Origin: Magallana gigas
Lineage: Eukaryota
Assembly: GCF_963853765.1 (NCBI RefSeq)
Contig: NC_088855.1
Span: 2,418,001 to 2,482,000 of the forward strand
DNA: 64,000 nt
Direction: 5' to 3'
Made by a program: the position numbers and the translations under genes. Positions 61,721 through 64,000 of the stretch are shown here, piece after piece; position 1 is the stretch's first letter, and each line of letters opens with the position of its first letter. The notes under the pieces are model-generated. The model did not search any database, was not told the origin of the DNA, and worked only from the letters and a program-made list of their open reading frames with translations.

Positions 61721-63972
61721 CTACTGCCTTTCCCACTGTAAGGTTGGAATGTCACTGTTACAATTTCCATGATAAACTTTAATTTGTTCAGAACATGTGT
61801 AATACTGATCAAACACCTGGCCGTATCCATGATCCCGCCACCAAACACACAGCTGACGGTTCCAGGAACATGGCAAGATGTGGAACAGATCCTCGTGTTC
61901 CATGGAAACAAGAGTGTAAAAATCCTGATCTCCCAGGTGACCCTTGAACAGATATTTTTGAGTCAATGTCTCCAGTGTCTTAGGTGAATCTATCAGAGAA
62001 TTATACACTTGACTCTTTCTCATTTTCTCCAAGTCTAGGAGTAAAACTCCGCTATTGAATCCTGTCAAGCCATCAGGAGGCGGAGCGCCGACTCTAGTGG
62101 AAGGGTTTTTTCCACGATATTGATGAAATAAATGTCTGTAAACTGGCTGGTTCTCTCGAGCTATTCCAATGATAGATCTTTCTGAAAATTCATCAAAAAT
62201 ATTGTACAGCAGCCTAATGTCTTCATCAAATTTCAAGTCAACATCCAGCATTATCACTTTGTCAAGAGGAATAAATCTGTGTAATACTATGGACAGGAAA
62301 AACAGTGGGTCTCCATAGTAAGATTTTGAACTGTGGCTGAAGAAGGTCTGCATCTGAGAAATCTGTTCCTTTACCTTTTGTGTCATTATTGTAATGTCGT
62401 GAATGATAATCTGAAGAAAAAAAAACAACCACTTTTCAGCATGTGTATGTGTGTATAAGTCACTTTTATCAACCAACTCTCAGGCTCTGTTATCATTATG
62501 ATTTGATATTCAACATTGGTTTATTGATCTTTCATGGTTCTGCTGTAAATTTCTCAATTACATTGTATTACAAAATTGGCATTTTTCATAGTTTTTATAG
62601 AAAAATTGTACTATTTAAATGTAAACATTCCATTAAAAATACATTAAATATCCACTACTATACTACCTTGTAGCTAATTATAAGCTTATTTGAATCATTG
62701 AAATGCCCATTTCATGGTTAAACAAAATCTATAAGCCTATAGATAAGAGATCAGGAGTGATCTAAAAATTGATACGTTTCATTCAGATTAATCTGAGTTT
62801 ACATTGTCCAAGCATATAAACCTCTTGTCCCATTCGTTGAAAAGCACTTCCATCCACATTTAGAAATACATGTAAATTGTGTGTATGCCTAATACAGACA
62901 AGATTTTTATTGGGACATTTTATGACAAATTTACTTATAAAAATTTTTTTTCAAAGCTGTTCAAAACTAAATAGATGACAATGGAAAGGAATTTTGATTT
63001 TAAAAAAATTGTACATATTAAAAACATCTTGTGTCAAGTATCTTTTTTCAGTTTGTTGGGAGAAGATAATAATACAATATCTTATCCAACTGGTAACTTT
63101 TCATTGAAACTGTGATGGTCAGATTAGATTGTAAAGCTCACTAGGTAGAACACCTAACTAGAGATTCAGGAGGCCTGGGTTCGAATCCCAGTCTGATTTG
63201 TCAATATTTTTCCCATCCGGTTACGTTTGCAGTATACTTGCCAACCCCTGGAACTGACAGCATGGTTAAATCCTGTCAGGGAAAAAAACCAGACCAGACT
63301 GAATACTGACGCCAGATAGCTTAATAGATAGAGCACTTGATTAGAGATTAAAGGGACCAAGGTTCAAATCCCGGTCTTTATCATTACCCCCCCCCCCCTT
63401 CCTGTACATTATTAGAAGTGGATACACATGTACATGTAGTTTGAATTCAGGCATTGAACATGTTGTAAGAAAAAAGAACCAGGAGCAGTGTTCTAAATAG
63501 GACAGATTTTTCAATGAATTAGATTACAAATCTTGAATAATATCACCTGTGTTTCTGTTGGTGCGGCTCTTTCTATAACAGAAGTTGCTATTGTCTTTCC
63601 ATCCTCATCACAAATCACATGAAAACAGAGAGATATGGAAGATTTCCTGCTAATGGATTCTACGAGAACTTTAAATTTTGGATGTAAATTTGGGTTGTTC
63701 TTTGAATTTTTAATCACGATCACAATGTTGACATTTCCTTCCTTTCTCTTTAAGACAGTTGTCTCCCTTGACGCAATGTGAATGAAAGTGTCTTTCGTTT
63801 TGTTCTTTAAATGCTTGACAGTTCCTCTTCTAACGAGAAATTTTTCTTTTTTAATGTTTTTAGTCAAATTAAAAACTTTTGAGCTCCATAAAATGATCAA
63901 AATAACAAAAACAATACATAACAGGGAATATAGCTTCCTTGGAAAAGTGCGGAACAGTTTGTAGGATGCCAT
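61721..63972 (-). CDS. XXYLT1: Xyloside xylosyltransferase 1 (GT8 family, type II membrane protein)
   Basis: Exon 63972-63547 (N-terminal transmembrane anchor) plus exon 62410-61721, phase 0; motifs YYGDPLFFLS, MLDVDLKF (DxD), ARENQPVYRH, GFNSGVLLLDL, GHLGDQDFYTL, LPCSWNRQLC, YHGNCN. Confidence 0.92.
63135..63377 (+). mobile_element. Degenerate tRNA-derived repeat, two tandem tRNA-like heads, in the XXYLT1 intron
   Basis: A-box-like agctca..ggtagaacac / agctta.tagatagagcac and B-box-like gggttcgaatccc / aggttcaaatccc, about 180 bp apart. Confidence 0.6.
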
Positions 63973-64000
63973 GACAGTTCTCGCGAGATATTGGTTTTAA

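Noticed and set aside
63135-63377. Functional tRNA genes
   Set aside because: A and B boxes are present but I could not form acceptor and anticodon stems, and there is no clean T-run terminator; treated as tRNA-derived repeat.

Overview
AT-rich, intron-rich animal genomic DNA. The gene structures and repeat types (HINE/pearl-like elements, Kolobok-like MITEs) suggest a bivalve, probably an oyster; this is an inference. Protein-coding loci assembled by hand from GT-AG junctions and frame continuity, in order: a SWAP70/DEF6-like gene (-, runs off the left edge) head-to-head with ETFBKMT (+); a divergent Shaw/Kv3-like K+ channel (-); an unidentified 285-aa ORF preceded by a spliced 69-aa ORF (-); a P2X purinoceptor (+); a secreted PAN + fibrinogen-domain (FReD) gene (+); two tandem CPTP/GLTP-domain paralogs (-); and XXYLT1 (-). 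Most notable: (1) the P2X gene has two frame-locked, mutually exclusive versions of the dorsal-fin exon, and the first is followed by a minisatellite built from its own splice donor; (2) a 4.75-kb element with TAC..GTA ends and a 6-bp target duplication is palindromic end to end, with arm identity falling toward the centre, and lies about 24 bp past the K+ channel stop codon; (3) the FReD gene has two alternative signal-peptide/half-PAN first exons in the same phase; (4) the K+ channel has features of a regulatory (silent) subunit; (5) one CPTP paralog has lost key lipid-binding residues. All identities are by-eye estimates; no database searches were run.
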